A stretch of 63,028 nucleotides of DNA, the filler included, from Octopus bimaculoides (lineage: Eukaryota), in the NCBI RefSeq assembly GCF_001194135.2. It is 5 parts of 5 records of this genome, joined end to end, with 100 filler letters (N's around TTAATTAATTAA, not from the genome) between each part and the next. Parts side by side here need not be neighbours in the genome. Positions count along the whole stretch, not along the records: positions 24,288 to 45,360 come from NC_068992.1; positions 45,461 to 47,564 come from NW_026378679.1; positions 47,665 to 49,655 come from NC_069008.1; positions 49,756 to 63,028 come from NC_068985.1; 1 more part is not named here. One strand, 5' to 3'. Under the pieces are notes generated by a model. It had not been told where the DNA came from, made no database searches, and saw only the letters and a program-made list of their open reading frames with translations. Shown here in pieces: positions 37,895 to 49,796 of the stretch. How positions within the stretch are numbered: position 1 is the stretch's first letter; each line of letters begins with the position of its first letter. The translations under genes and the position numbers were made by a program.

Positions 37895-38262
37895 CTATTT
37901 ATTCTTTCCCTTGCTTCAGTCATGTGACTTCGGCCATATTGGAACACCGTCTTTAGTCAAACTAATTGACCTCAGGACTTATTATTCCTTGTGAGCCTAG
38001 TACTTATTATATTGGTCTTTTTTGCTGAACTGCTAGGTTACGGATACGTAAACACACCAACATCAGTTGTCAAGTGATGGTGGGGAACAAACATAGACAC
38101 ATAAACACACACACACATTTATACACATATATATATATACATATGACAGGCTTCTTTCAGTCTCCATCTACCAAATCCACTCACAAGGCTTTGGTCGGCC
38201 CGAGACTGAACCTGGAACTATGTGGTTGGTAAGCAAGCTTCTTACCACACAGCCACTCCTGC
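37895..38262 (-). mobile_element. SINE family A, CpG-decayed
   Basis: Aligns to 1-385. Confidence 0.85.
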
Positions 38263-38279
38263 ACCTGCATGTACATGTG

Positions 38280-38425
38280 ATGTAGGTATCTCTTATTCCT
38301 TTCTGTTGAAGAGTGTAGGCTTGAAATGTAAAAGAATTTTTCCTTTTTCCCAAGAGTCAAACTCATACACTTGCTTGTTGTTCATACACTTGTCTTCATC
38401 TTTTGTTTTTCTATAAATTTTAACT
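38280..38425 (+). repeat. CpG-decayed copy of the hammerhead-like repeat
   Basis: CTTT-CTGTTGA-A-GAGT/GTAG/GCTT-GAAA-TG-TA-AAAG at 38299-38334. Confidence 0.7.
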
Positions 38426-38877
38426 ATATATGTGTGTGTATGCATATATATATATATATATATATNNNNNNNNNNNNNNNNNNNNNNNNNNNNNNNNNNN
38501 NNNNNNNNNNNNNNNNNNNNNNNNNNNNNNNNNNNNNNNNNNNNNNNNNNNNNNNNNNNNNNNNNNNNNNNNNNNNNNNNNNNNNNNNNNNNNNNNNNNN
38601 NNNNNNNNNNNNNNNNNNNNNNNNNNNNNNNNNNNNNNNNNNNNNNNNNNNNNNNNNNNNNNNNNNNNNNNNNTATATATACGTATATAGTAATACAGCC
38701 ATTTATTGTTTACACCACCTGTCTTCGTCTGTTGTTTTTTTCGTGAATTCTCCTACACGTATATATATATATATATATATATATGTACATATTTGCATAC
38801 ATAGGTACAGATATTTATGTAAAATATAAAAGTTGTAACATAATCTACGTATACATACAGGCACACACCCACACACC

Positions 38878-38908
<31 letters not shown>

Positions 38909-39190
38909 ACGCACACACATCCACACATGCACGCACACAGCTCCAAACTGTCTATACTCCCGCCAACCCAGGCTGGTAGCATCGTATTGATTCTATAGAA
39001 AATCTTGGCATATAGTCTTCTTTCTAAGCTATTTCCTATCTCCCATAGTACCTCTCTGTTGTTTATTTGCTCAGTACCATAACACAGAAAGTTGTAGGAA
39101 CACAATAAAAGACATTGTTCTTTTCTTTCAGAGTATGTCAGATTAGCCTTTGTGAATAGTAAAATAAGTGGAAAAATTTGAGATTTGATT

Positions 39191-39256
39191 ATGGAGAAAG
39201 CCTCCATTTGTGAAGCTGGATCATGTTTCCGAATCTTTGTTTTCAGTCAAGGCAAA
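39191..39256 (+). CDS. Candidate coding exon 1 of a hypothetical small gene (MEKASICEAGSCFRIFVFSQGK)
   Basis: Strong acceptor at 39131, ATGG context, AAA|gtattt donor. Confidence 0.2.
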
Positions 39257-39640
39257 GTATTTTGTAGAAGGTTGGCAGTTGCCCGTGCATCATACAAGCC
39301 TTCTCATTCTACCCTATAGTGTTGTTAAGAGCATTGACTCCCAACCGTTTTTGCTCAGTGGACCAGCTTTGGGCAGGACAATTTTTCTGTGAACCAAAGG
39401 ACTATGAGCATTACAAAAAAAAAAAAATAATAATAAATAAATAATTCATCAGTGCATTAAAAAAAAGCCGTGTCTTAGACAAATGTGAGAAAAGGCAGAT
39501 ATAAGAATGCTATAGTAGAAGACACTTGCCCAAGGTGCCATGCAGTGGGAATGAACACAGAACCATGTGGTTGGTAAGCAAGCTACTTACCACACAACCA
39601 CTCCTGTGCCTATACAAATTATGAAAATACTAAAAAAAAA

Positions 39641-39735
39641 AATATACAGTACAGTACTGTTTCTACTTCATGGATCTTCACCTATTGTGGGGAATTTTGG
39701 AACATAACATCCATGATAGTCAAAGGATTACTGTA
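39641..39735 (-). mobile_element. Tc1/pogo (Tigger-like) terminal fragment, CpG-decayed
   Basis: Reverse complement of 49524-49620 (TACAGTAATCCCTCG...) with most CpGs converted. Confidence 0.75.
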
Positions 39736-40109
39736 CGTCTACAATACACAAAATATTTCAACAATTTTTTTATACAATTCCTATAATATTTAATCCCAAA
39801 AATATAACATGATTTTTATTTTTTTAAACATCAAATGGTTATGAAAGTCCACCTGAGCAAAATAGGAATCAAAGAAACCCATAATTAAAAAGTGGTCAGC
39901 AAACACAAAGGATAAAAGAGAAAGTTAACCTCAACCAGATTTGAATCTGAGAAGCATTGACTCAGAGCTAATACATAAAAAAATGCCACTGACAGTATAT
40001 GAGTTGCCCATCTTTCAAAATGCTCTCATATTATGAATAAAGTTATTCATGTAACATAAATAAGAAAAAGTCACTTTCCCCTTTTTTTAAATTTGACCAT
40101 TAATGAAAG

Positions 40110-40173
40110 CAGCAGTGGCTGTCAATGGATGACTGGTTTAATCCAGCAGGAGGTAGAGATCATAATCCGTATG
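40110..40173 (+). CDS. Candidate exon (QQWLSMDDWFNPAGGRDHNPY)
   Basis: Protein-like open frame, G|gttagg donor; acceptor position uncertain. Confidence 0.3.
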
Positions 40174-40604
40174 GTTAGGTTACCAAAACAGAGTAGATAT
40201 CATAGATTCACATCTGATGTCTGTCAAATATATTCTATTCATTCTCTCCAGGGATTCTATAACTTCTTTGATTGCCATTTGTTGCTGCCGTTGTTGCTGT
40301 TGTCTAGATCTGGGTCAGTTCTGATCAAGCAAATATATAATCAAAGATATTCCGGCTGTACCTGTTTCATTCCATCCTGTCCAACCCTGTCCATTTTTCA
40401 AGCATAGTAATATCTAGGAGGACATTATTTGCTGTGTCCTTCTCTTTTAAGTTAGTAAAGTTTCATTTGGGGTGAGATTTGGCTGCTATTTCTAACAGAC
40501 TCATAATTGTCATTAAACCACAAAAATATTTTTAAAAAAAGCATAGTAATATCTAAGACCACATTATCTAATGTGTCCTTCCTTTTTTATGATAGTATAT
40601 ATAC

Positions 40605-40978
40605 TCTTTACTCTTTTACTCTTTTACTTGTTTCAGTCATTTGACTGCGGCCATGCTGGAGCACTGCCTTTAGTCGAGCAAATCGACCCCAGGACTTATT
40701 CTTTGTAAGCCTAGTACTTATTCTACCAGTCTCTTTTTGCCGAATCACTAAATTACGGGGACGCATACACACCAGCATCAGACACACAAACACACACATA
40801 TATATACATATATACGACGGGCTTCTTTCAGTTTCCGTCTACGAAATCCACTCACAAGGCTTTGGTCGGCCCAAGGCTATAGTAGAAGACACTTGCCCAA
40901 GGTGCCACACAGTGGGACTGAACCCGGAACCCTGTGATTGGTAAGCAAGCTACTTACCACACAGCAACTCCTGTGCCT
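40605..40978 (-). mobile_element. SINE family A, relatively young
   Basis: Close to 1-385 with an internal deletion. Confidence 0.9.
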
Positions 40979-41546
40979 GTTGAATAAAATGTTGAATAAA
41001 ATCAACATGACCATCCCCAAATACAACAATAAAAATCATAATTTACTGATCCTCTTGTATTTTCTTTTACCCAAAACCAGGAAATTTTCCGTATATTCAC
41101 ATATAATGAAAAGAAATAAGAATTGTTGAGTTTATTTGGTATTCTGAACCATTAGAACTTTGATTTGGCCAACAGGTTGTCATAAGAACAACAATGTGTG
41201 TAACTGGTGTAGGAAAAGTAGACACAAACAAGTAAAAAAAAAGGTACAGGATAACATAGAATTTTGGAAGGCAGTGTAGAAGCTGATGAAATGGATCAGA
41301 GCCAAGTAGAAATGAAGATCAAGGTACAGTTTAAGAGAATGTAAAGTGAATGATACAGAAATGGTAAAGAATAATGTAACAATGTAGAACATGGTAAGCA
41401 GAGGAAGAATATTAAGTTTGTAAAAAAGCCCAAGTGATCATCAGTGATGTGTTTTCCTCATATAAAACTATCACAGCAATTTCAACGTGTAAAACATGTG
41501 ACAGGAGGAATAAAAGCAATGGAGAGGTAATAAAGAATGCATACAG

Positions 41547-41647
41547 CATCTAGAGTAGGTACATATATGGAAGACCTTGATGAAATGGAAGAAATGGATT
41601 TTAGATATGCATCTACTTCTGCTTTTGAATACCCACCTGCTTCCTGT
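41547..41647 (+). CDS. Candidate exon (SRVGTYMEDLDEMEEMDFRYASTSAFEYPPASC)
   Basis: Consensus gtaagt donor, acidic open frame; acceptor weak (41546 or 41558). Confidence 0.3.
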
Positions 41648-42433
41648 GTAAGTGATATTAAAGCATACTGAAAGAATATTTCATGATGATTGCAAAAATT
41701 TAATTGTGTAATTGCATAGCAACGTAGTTTAACATTAAAAGTGAAAATAACCATAAACTTAATATATTCAAGTTTATGCTGAGTATGTGAAGAACATTTC
41801 TAAGTTTTTACATTCTTGAGGGAACAATTTTCTTAGCAACCGATGTTAAACCATTCACATTTTGTTAAAAGAGGGAAAAAATGAAAATTCTGAAAAAAAA
41901 ATCAAAAGGTTTCATGCAGTTAAGCATGATTTGATGTTCTTTAGTCTTTGAGGGAATTCTTGATAGCATTTATCTCATCCCTTGCAACTCATCAAATATT
42001 CTTGATACGTTTTTTCCTTCATTTTGAAATATCAGGTTATTATTATAATAGAATCCTTCGCATCAAGTGGAAAACTAATTTCTCTGCAGACACTCTATAA
42101 AAATATTTCTAACTGCCAATGATGCATTATACAATATTTAACATTTTATTTCCTATAACAACCTTCCCTTCTTATCTCCCTGTCCTCTCTTTAAAAAAAA
42201 TGGTAGTTAGTTCCAGAACATATTGAAGAATAGATATATGGTTGAAGGCATTGTGTTCTTGCAGTATATCTAGGGTAAGTCAACATATTGAAACATCCTT
42301 CTCAAAGCTTTATTTCCTCAGGAAGTATTGAACTCGGTTTTCCCACTTCAAGAACATGAAACACACCTCAGTTTTATAGTACCCTTACTATTTTCCATGA
42401 TCAGTGAAACTAGTATGTGCTATCTTTTTACAG

Positions 42434-42499
42434 CTAAGTGGAGCGAGCCATTTAGAACTGCTATGTGCCTTGACTACAGGCAGAGTTCACAAGCTGTGA
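42434..42499 (+). CDS. Candidate terminal exon (LSGASHLELLCALTTGRVHKL*)
   Basis: atctttttacag acceptor, phase-compatible with 41647. Confidence 0.22.
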   Translation, partial: LSGASHLELLCALTTGRVHKL

Positions 42500-42822
42500 C
42501 AGCATGCAGCTGGTAGATATAGAAGCATAATTCAGTTTGCTAAGACTTTTCCTTTTAAAAATTTTATCTTAGAAAAATACACAAAATTTCACAATCTTTT
42601 CTACAAACATTGAAGTGACTTGCTATCTGTTTCTAATCGGTCATCCCATGAATAATGCAGTTTTTTTTTCAATTGCATGAACTAAAAATCAGTGGGAGAC
42701 AAGATAAACTACCTGCATCAACTTGCTTTAAAAGCAGGTAGTAATTTTACCTTGTCCCTTATTCATAGTGCAAGTTTTGAAGAGTGCAGTTCGATTTTAA
42801 CAGTTATTTTTCCAAAGCTTTA

Positions 42823-43075
42823 ATGGAAGTGACAAAGGAACATATCCAGTGTATTTTGCTTTATGAGTTCAATAAAGGCAACAACACAATGGAAAGTGCA
42901 AGGAATATTAATGCAATATATGGGGATCAGACAATAAGCGTAAACCAGTGTCAACAGTAGTTCTAGAAATTCCAAACTGGAAACTACAGCCTAGAAGATG
43001 AGTCTCATTCTGGAAGATCTGTAGAGCTTGGAAAGCACGTCCTGCAAACCCTGGCGGAACAAAATCCCATTGAAC
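42823..43075 (+). mobile_element. Mariner transposase 5' fragment (HTH region), inactive
   Basis: MEVTKEHIQCILLYEFNKG...KFQTGNYSLEDESHSGRSVE with internal stops. Confidence 0.88.
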
Positions 43076-43104
43076 TATAATATCTATCTATATATATGTA
43101 TATA

Positions 43105-43314
43105 TTCTTTTATTCATTTAGTCATTTGACTGCTGCCATTCTGGAGTACTGCCTTTAGTCGAACAAATTGACCCCAGGACTTATTCTTTTTAAGCCTAGT
43201 ACTTATCCTATCAGTCTCTTTTGCTGAACCGCTAAGTTACAGTGATGTAAACACACTAGCATCAGCTGTCAAGTGATGGTATGTGTGTGTGGGGGGAGAA
43301 ACACAGACAAACAA

Positions 43315-43412
<98 letters not shown>

Positions 43413-43578
43413 ACACACAATAGACTTCTTTCAGTTTCTGTCTACCAAATTCACTCACAAGGCTTTGGTCTACTTGAAGCTATAGTAGAAGACACTTGCC
43501 CAAGATGCCGCACGGTGGGGCTGAACCCAGAACCATGTGGTTAGGAAGCAAGCTTCTAACCACACAGCCATGCCTGCA
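43105..43578 (-). mobile_element. SINE family A with expanded (CA)n, CpG-decayed
   Basis: Aligns to 1-385. Confidence 0.88.
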
Positions 43579-43619
43579 CCTATATACATACATATATATA
43601 TATATAAATATATATATAT

Positions 43620-44336
43620 ATCATCATCATCATCGTTTAACATCCACTTTCCATGCTAGCATGGGTTGGACGATTTAACTGAGGACTGGTGAACCAGATG
43701 GTTACACCAGGCTCCAATTTGATTTGGCAGAGTTTCTACAGCTGGATGCCCTTCCTAACGCCAACCACTCTGAGAGTGTAGTGGGTGCTTTTATGTGCCA
43801 CCGGCACGAAGACCAGTCAGGCGGTACTGGCAACAGCTATGCTCAAAATGGTGTATTTTACGTGCCACCTGCACAGGAGCCAGTCTAGCGGCACTGGCAA
43901 CGATCTTGCTCGAAAGACTTTTCACGTGCCACCGTTACAAGTGCCAGGAAGACGACGCTGGTAACGATCATGATCAAACGATGCTCTTAGCACTCCACTG
44001 GCACAGGTGCCATCACGATTTCCCTTTCGCTTGCCCCAACAGGTCTTCGCAAGCTGAGTTTAGTGTCCAATGAAGGAGACGTTGGCATGGGGGCCAGTCA
44101 TCAAATTTAGTTCGATTTCGATTTCACTTGCCTCAACAGGTCTTTGCAAGCAGAGTTTAGTGTCCAATGAAGGAATGTTACTCGTAAGTGGGCTGGCTAC
44201 ATCCCTGGCAGAGGCCTTGGATTTTGATCTCTCTTGGCTTGCCAGGTCTTCTCACGCACAGCATATTTCCAAAGGTCTCGGTCAGAACTCATTGCCTCGG
44301 TGAGGCCTAATGTTCAGAAGTCGTGCTTCACCACCT
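43620..44336 (-). mobile_element. RTE-tail-bearing non-autonomous retroposon
   Basis: (CAT)n-CGTTTAACATCCACTTTCCATGCTAGCATGGGTTGGACG end shared with 31230-31292; internal ~55-bp duplication near 44025 and 44120. Confidence 0.75.
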
Positions 44337-44631
44337 NNNNNNNNNNNNNNNNNNNNNNNNNNNNNNNNNNNNNNNNNNNNNNNNNNNNNNNNNNNNNNNN
44401 NNNNNNNNNNNNNNNNNNNNNNNNNNNNNNNNNNNNNNNNNNNNNNNNNNNNNNNNNNNNNNNNNNNNNNNNNNNNNNNNNNNNNNNNNNNNNNNNNNNN
44501 NNNNNNNNNNNNNNNNNNNNNNNNNNNNNNNNNNNNNNNNNNNNNNNNNNNNNNNNNNNNNNNNNNNNNNNNNNNNNNNNNNNNNNNNNNNNNNNNNNNN
44601 NNNNNNNNNNNNNNNNNNNNNNNNNNNNNNN

Positions 44632-44667
<36 letters not shown>

Positions 44668-45315
44668 TATATAAATAGCTTGAGACTATAGTAGTAGACA
44701 TTTGCCGAAGGTGCCACCCACAGTGCCAGCCACACAGTGGGACTGAAGCTGAAACCATGTAATTGTAAAACAAGCTTCTTAACTACTTGGCCATATCTGT
44801 TAATTCCAAGATATACAATAATGTCAAAAGTCACAATTCAACATCTGCACCTCTGCAGTGAAACGCATAGTAATTTGTAACTTTTAAACTCCATTATAAT
44901 TATTATGTAATGTGTAAAAGAGTTTTAGAAAACCAAAAACTAAATGCAAGACTCAAGAAATATTTGAAGAATTTGCCATTTAGCAATGTTATTAACTAAT
45001 GGAAGCCAAAGAAATGAAAATAGAAGAAAGCATGCTGTATTTTTTTGTTAATGCTTATCACTGATATTTTGTGTTGAGCTGTGGAAACTGACAAAGTCAA
45101 TGTGGAACAATTGCTTAATAAATTCTTTATAACAAAAATCTGTAACATTCTTATTTCATTTTGAGTTGTAGACAGGCATTTCTTACTCTTTTCTTTTTGA
45201 ACATGTGCCTATTACAGTTTTTTGTAGTGTGTTTTTTTTTTTTTATCTAACTTCTTTTATTTTTTATATTTGGAAATAATTAACCTTTATATTATACATA
45301 CATACATACATACAT

Positions 45316-45360
<45 letters not shown>

Positions 45361-45460
45361 NNNNNNNNNNNNNNNNNNNNNNNNNNNNNNNNNNNNNNNN
45401 NNNNTTAATTAATTAANNNNNNNNNNNNNNNNNNNNNNNNNNNNNNNNNNNNNNNNNNNN
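45361..45460. other. Artificial scaffold spacer
   Basis: N44-TTAATTAATTAA-N44. Confidence 0.95.
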
Positions 45461-45663
45461 TATATATGTATATATATGCATATATAAGTATATATACATA
45501 TACATATATATATACATGTACGTATATATACATATATACATATATATATGTATATATATCTATATCTATGTACGTGTGTGCCGGTTTGCGTACCGAAAAA
45601 CATATCATGTATATATATAATATGCATGTGAGTGCATTTGTATGTGGTATATATACACACGCA

Positions 45664-45721
<58 letters not shown>

Positions 45722-47226
45722 CACACACACATACGACGTTTATATACAATGATATACATCCGCACTTATATATATCACACAAACATTCATGCATATATAC
45801 CTATATAGATAGATATGTATTTTTATATATTTTATCTATGACTATCTATATATACTATCAATTTGTATAAAAAAAGCCAACTGTATTTAATTATATAAAC
45901 TCGCGACTTGCTACCATGCTGGGTTACCACCGTTTGCTTTGTTACACTTTCACTAAACGTTCGGTAATGCTCATATTTATTTGTATATATGTTTGGCATG
46001 TTTGATTAGGTACAGAGATGCTCAACGGCTGAAAGTTGCGTCCATTGGCAATAAACAGAAATCTCAGCCCTCGAACCTCATTACTTTTAGGGATTAAGCA
46101 TCGGAAATACGTATAGAGACAGATTCGGTATTCTTTTACATTGCTTGCGCCATCAATCATGAGTTTTTATGGTTATATATATGGTTATATATATACACAC
46201 ACACACACACACATATATATANNNNNNNNNNNNNNNNNNNNNNNNNNNNNNNNNNNNNNNNNNNNNNNNNNNNNNNNNNNNNNNNNNNNNNNNNNNNNNN
46301 NNNNNNNNNNNNNNNNNNNNNNNNNNNNNNNNNNNNNNNNNNNNNNNNNNNNNNNNNNNNNNNNNNNNNNNNNNNNNNNNNNNNNNNNNNNNNNNNNNNN
46401 NNNNNNNNNNNNNNNNNNNNNNNNNNNNNNNNNNNNNNNNNNNNNNNNNNNNNNNNNNNNNNNNNNNNNNNNNNNNNNNNNNNNNNNNNNNNNNNNNNNN
46501 NNNNNNNNNNNNNNNNNNNNNNNNNNNNNNNNNNNNNNNNNNNNNNNNNNNNNNNNNNNNNNNNNNNNNNNNNNNNNNNNNNNNNNNNNNNNNNNNNNNN
46601 NNNNNNNNNNNNNNNNNNNNNNNNNNNNNNNNNNNNNNNNNNNNNNNNNNNNNNNNNNNNNNNNNNNNNNNNNNNNNNNNNNNNNNNNNNNNNNNNNNNN
46701 NNNNNNNNNNNNNNNNNNNNNNNNNNNNNNNNNNNNNNNNNNNNNNNNNNNNNNNNNNNNNNNNNNNNNNNNNNNNNNNNNNNNNNNNNNNNNNNNNNNN
46801 NNNNNNNNNNNNNNNNNNNNNNNNNNNNNNNNNNNNNNNNNNNNNNNNNNNNNNNNNNNNNNNNNNNNNNNNNNNNNNNNNNNNNNNNNNNNNNNNNNNN
46901 NNNNNNNNNNNNNNNNNNNNNNNNNNNNNNTGTTACAAAATATTGTACATATATGAAAAACATAAAATATCTTGTATTAGAAATTCTTCAGGCAGAGAAA
47001 CAAAGAGTTGGCAATTTAGATTCGGATGAATCTTATATTTATAGTCAGTAATTAGCAATATTTTCATTGGAAGAGCGAATAAAGAACGAAGGAAATAATA
47101 TAGAAGATTTTGAGATGGATGCAATAAGCGAATGTATGTATATATGTGTGTTAGCATGTATATATGTAAATATGTACGTATGCACGCCGGTATGTATACA
47201 TGCATGCGTGTATTTATGTATGTATG

Positions 47227-47260
<34 letters not shown>

Positions 47261-47329
47261 TGTATGTATGTATGTATGCATGCATGCATGTATGTATGTA
47301 TGTATGTATGAGTGCATGTATGTTTTATC

Positions 47330-47545
47330 TTTTATCATTTACTTGTTTCAGTCATTAGTCTGCGGCCATGCTGGTTCACCGCCTTGAATTTAAGTCGAAT
47401 GAATCGAACCCAGGACTTCTTTCTTAACTGTCATACTTACTTTATCGTCCACTTTTTGCCGAACCGTTGAGTTACTGGGACATAGACACGTCAGAACAGG
47501 TTGGCGAGCGGTGATGTAGGGTAGGACAAACGCAGAGAGAAAGAC
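47330..47545 (-). mobile_element. SINE family A, 3' half
   Basis: Diverged match to 1-180. Confidence 0.75.
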
Positions 47546-47564
47546 ACACACACATGCATATATA

Positions 47565-47664
47565 NNNNNNNNNNNNNNNNNNNNNNNNNNNNNNNNNNNN
47601 NNNNNNNNTTAATTAATTAANNNNNNNNNNNNNNNNNNNNNNNNNNNNNNNNNNNNNNNNNNNN
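47565..47664. other. Artificial scaffold spacer
   Basis: N44-TTAATTAATTAA-N44. Confidence 0.95.
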
Positions 47665-48060
47665 AAGGCATCAGTAGTGCTTTTACCTGGCACGAACCCA
47701 AACTGCATCTCATCTAAATTGATTCGCTCCCTAATTAGTTGGGCTATGACCCTCTCTGTAACTTTCATAACCTGATCTAACAGCTTGATGCCTCTGTAAT
47801 TATTTGTATCTAAAGCGTCACCTTTACCTTTGTAGCAGTTGACTATGATGCTGCTACACCAGTCATTGGGTATGACTCCTTCGTGTATCACCTGGTTCGT
47901 AATAGGGGTGACTAGGCTATAGCCAACACTGCCAGATATTTTGAGCATCTCTGCAGTGATTCCTGATGGGCCGGGGGCTTTCCCGGTCTTCATACTCTTA
48001 ATTGCTTTATCTACCCTGGTACTATCAACTCGGATAGCTGGTCCCTCTATTGGGTCGACA
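47665..48060 (-). mobile_element. RTE LINE reverse transcriptase N-terminal fragment, frame intact
   Basis: KAPGPSGITAEMLK...NCYKGKGDAL..NNYRGIKLL...QFGFVPGKSTTDA, truncated by the gap. Confidence 0.95.
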
Positions 48061-48084
48061 TACGGCAGGCTTATATATGTATAT

Positions 48085-48295
48085 ATATATATGTGTGTGT
48101 GTGTTTCTGTTTGTCCCCCCAACATCGCTTGACTACCGATGGTGGTGTCTTTACATCCCTGTAACTTAGCGGTTCAGCAAAAGATATCGATAGAATGAGT
48201 ACTAGGCTCACAAAGAATAAGTCCTGGGGTCGATTTACTCAACTAAAGGCGGTGCTCCAGCATGGCCACAGTTAAATGACTGAAACAAGTAAAAG
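48085..48295 (+). mobile_element. SINE family A, 3' half
   Basis: Matches 1262-1461. Confidence 0.85.
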
Positions 48296-48313
48296 TATAT
48301 ATATGTGTGTGTG

Positions 48314-48351
<38 letters not shown>

Positions 48352-48464
48352 CACACACACTAGTGTAGTTAGAGTATGTGCTGCCTGGGGTGGCCCTTCC
48401 TTTTGCCCACAGAAGACCCAAAAGTGCCACCCCTATCGCCTCCTACTGCTACACTAGTGTATAT

Positions 48465-48790
48465 ATAAGCAAGAATACAAACAGAACCCTGCCAGCTTCA
48501 GGTAAATGGGCCTGCTTGATATATAGGAAAGATGTAGGCAGGAATTCCATTTGGTGTACCCAGTCCCAGCTATGGATGCATAATAGGTGCAGTGGAATCA
48601 CAGGAAGTTTAACAAAGAAAGGAGTAGAGCAATAAACACCAAGGACACATGGAAAATATAGTTTCTCAAATGATTTGGAGATGGTAGTTTCTTTTACCTA
48701 ACTGCTCTAATTAACAGTGGAGGAGGATATTTTGAAAGTATATTGCTACAATAGGATGGAAAAAGCATCAAGATTCTGCGTATTGAAGCA
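48465..48790 (+). mobile_element. Decayed RTE LINE fragment with Cys-rich (PHD-like) module
   Basis: SGKWACLIYRKDVGRNSIWCTQSQLWMHNRCSGI, then LEMVVSF and SGGG remnants. Confidence 0.7.
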
Positions 48791-48888
48791 GAAGGTTTCA
48801 AAATAGTCATTAGTAATTATATTATTTCTCTTTGATTTTTGAAGGCATCAGAGAAAGAAAGTGGAAGGATACTAGTGAACATTTGCAG

Positions 48889-48974
48889 TAAATGATCAGG
48901 AAACTCCTGTGTTTAAGAAACATGTCAGTTATGTCTATAACTCAGGTAGTTTGCTGTCAGTAAACAACTTACAG
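48889..48974 (+). CDS. Candidate internal exon (NDQETPVFKKHVSYVYNSGSLLSVNNLQ)
   Basis: ttgcag acceptor, CAG|gtaaaa donor, 86-nt open frame; unique sequence. Confidence 0.35.
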
Positions 48975-49076
48975 GTAAAAACTGTTATACAAAAGTCTGT
49001 GATAATCATAAAAAGCTGTGTACAATGAAGTGATATGTTAAATCACCATGTTGAAACATAAATGACCTTTGTTATT

Positions 49077-49437
49077 GTGTTGGCACTCCGTCGGTTACGA
49101 CAACGAGGGTTCCTGTTGATCCGATCAACGGAACAGCCTGCTCGTGAAATTAACGTGCAAGTGGCTGAGCACTCCACAGACACGTGTACCCTTAACGTAG
49201 TTCTCGGTAATATTCAGCGCGACACAGTGTGACAAGGCTGACCCTTTGAATTACAGGTACAACAGAAACAGGAAGTAAGAGTGAGAGAAAGTTGTGGTGG
49301 AAGAGTACAGCAGGGTTCGCCACTATCCCCTGCGGGAGCCTCGTCGAACTTTAGGTATTTTCGCTCAATAAACACTCAAACCGCGATCCTACGACCGCGA
49401 GTCCGCTGCCCTAACCCCTGGGCCATTGCGCCTCCAC
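49077..49437 (-). mobile_element. SINE family C with 11-bp TSD
   Basis: TSD CCTTTGTTATT at 49066-49076 and 49438-49448. Confidence 0.92.
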
Positions 49438-49523
49438 CCTTTGTTATTATGAAAAAATAAAACTACTAAGCTAACCAAACTTACACTTAGTGGGATATGT
49501 CTCTTTCAAAATTTCTAGACAAA

Positions 49524-49620
49524 TACAGTAATCCCTCGACTATCACGGGTGTTACGTCTCCGCCCCCGGGCGATAGGTGAAAATCCGCGAAGTAGAAACA
49601 ATACTGTACTGTATATATTT
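49524..49620 (+). mobile_element. Tc1/pogo (Tigger-like) terminal fragment
   Basis: TA-CAGTAATCCCTCG terminus; sister of 39641-39735. Confidence 0.75.
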
Positions 49621-49655
49621 TAAAATTTATTTTTATAATTTGTGTGTGTGTGTAT

Positions 49656-49755
49656 NNNNNNNNNNNNNNNNNNNNNNNNNNNNNNNNNNNNNNNNNNNNT
49701 TAATTAATTAANNNNNNNNNNNNNNNNNNNNNNNNNNNNNNNNNNNNNNNNNNNN
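49656..49755. other. Artificial scaffold spacer
   Basis: N44-TTAATTAATTAA-N44. Confidence 0.95.

Positions 49756-49796
<41 letters not shown>

Noticed and set aside
41260-41323. Exon-like ILEGSVEADEMDQSQVEMKIK
   Set aside because: No pyrimidine tract, surrounding frames full of stops; may be LINE debris.
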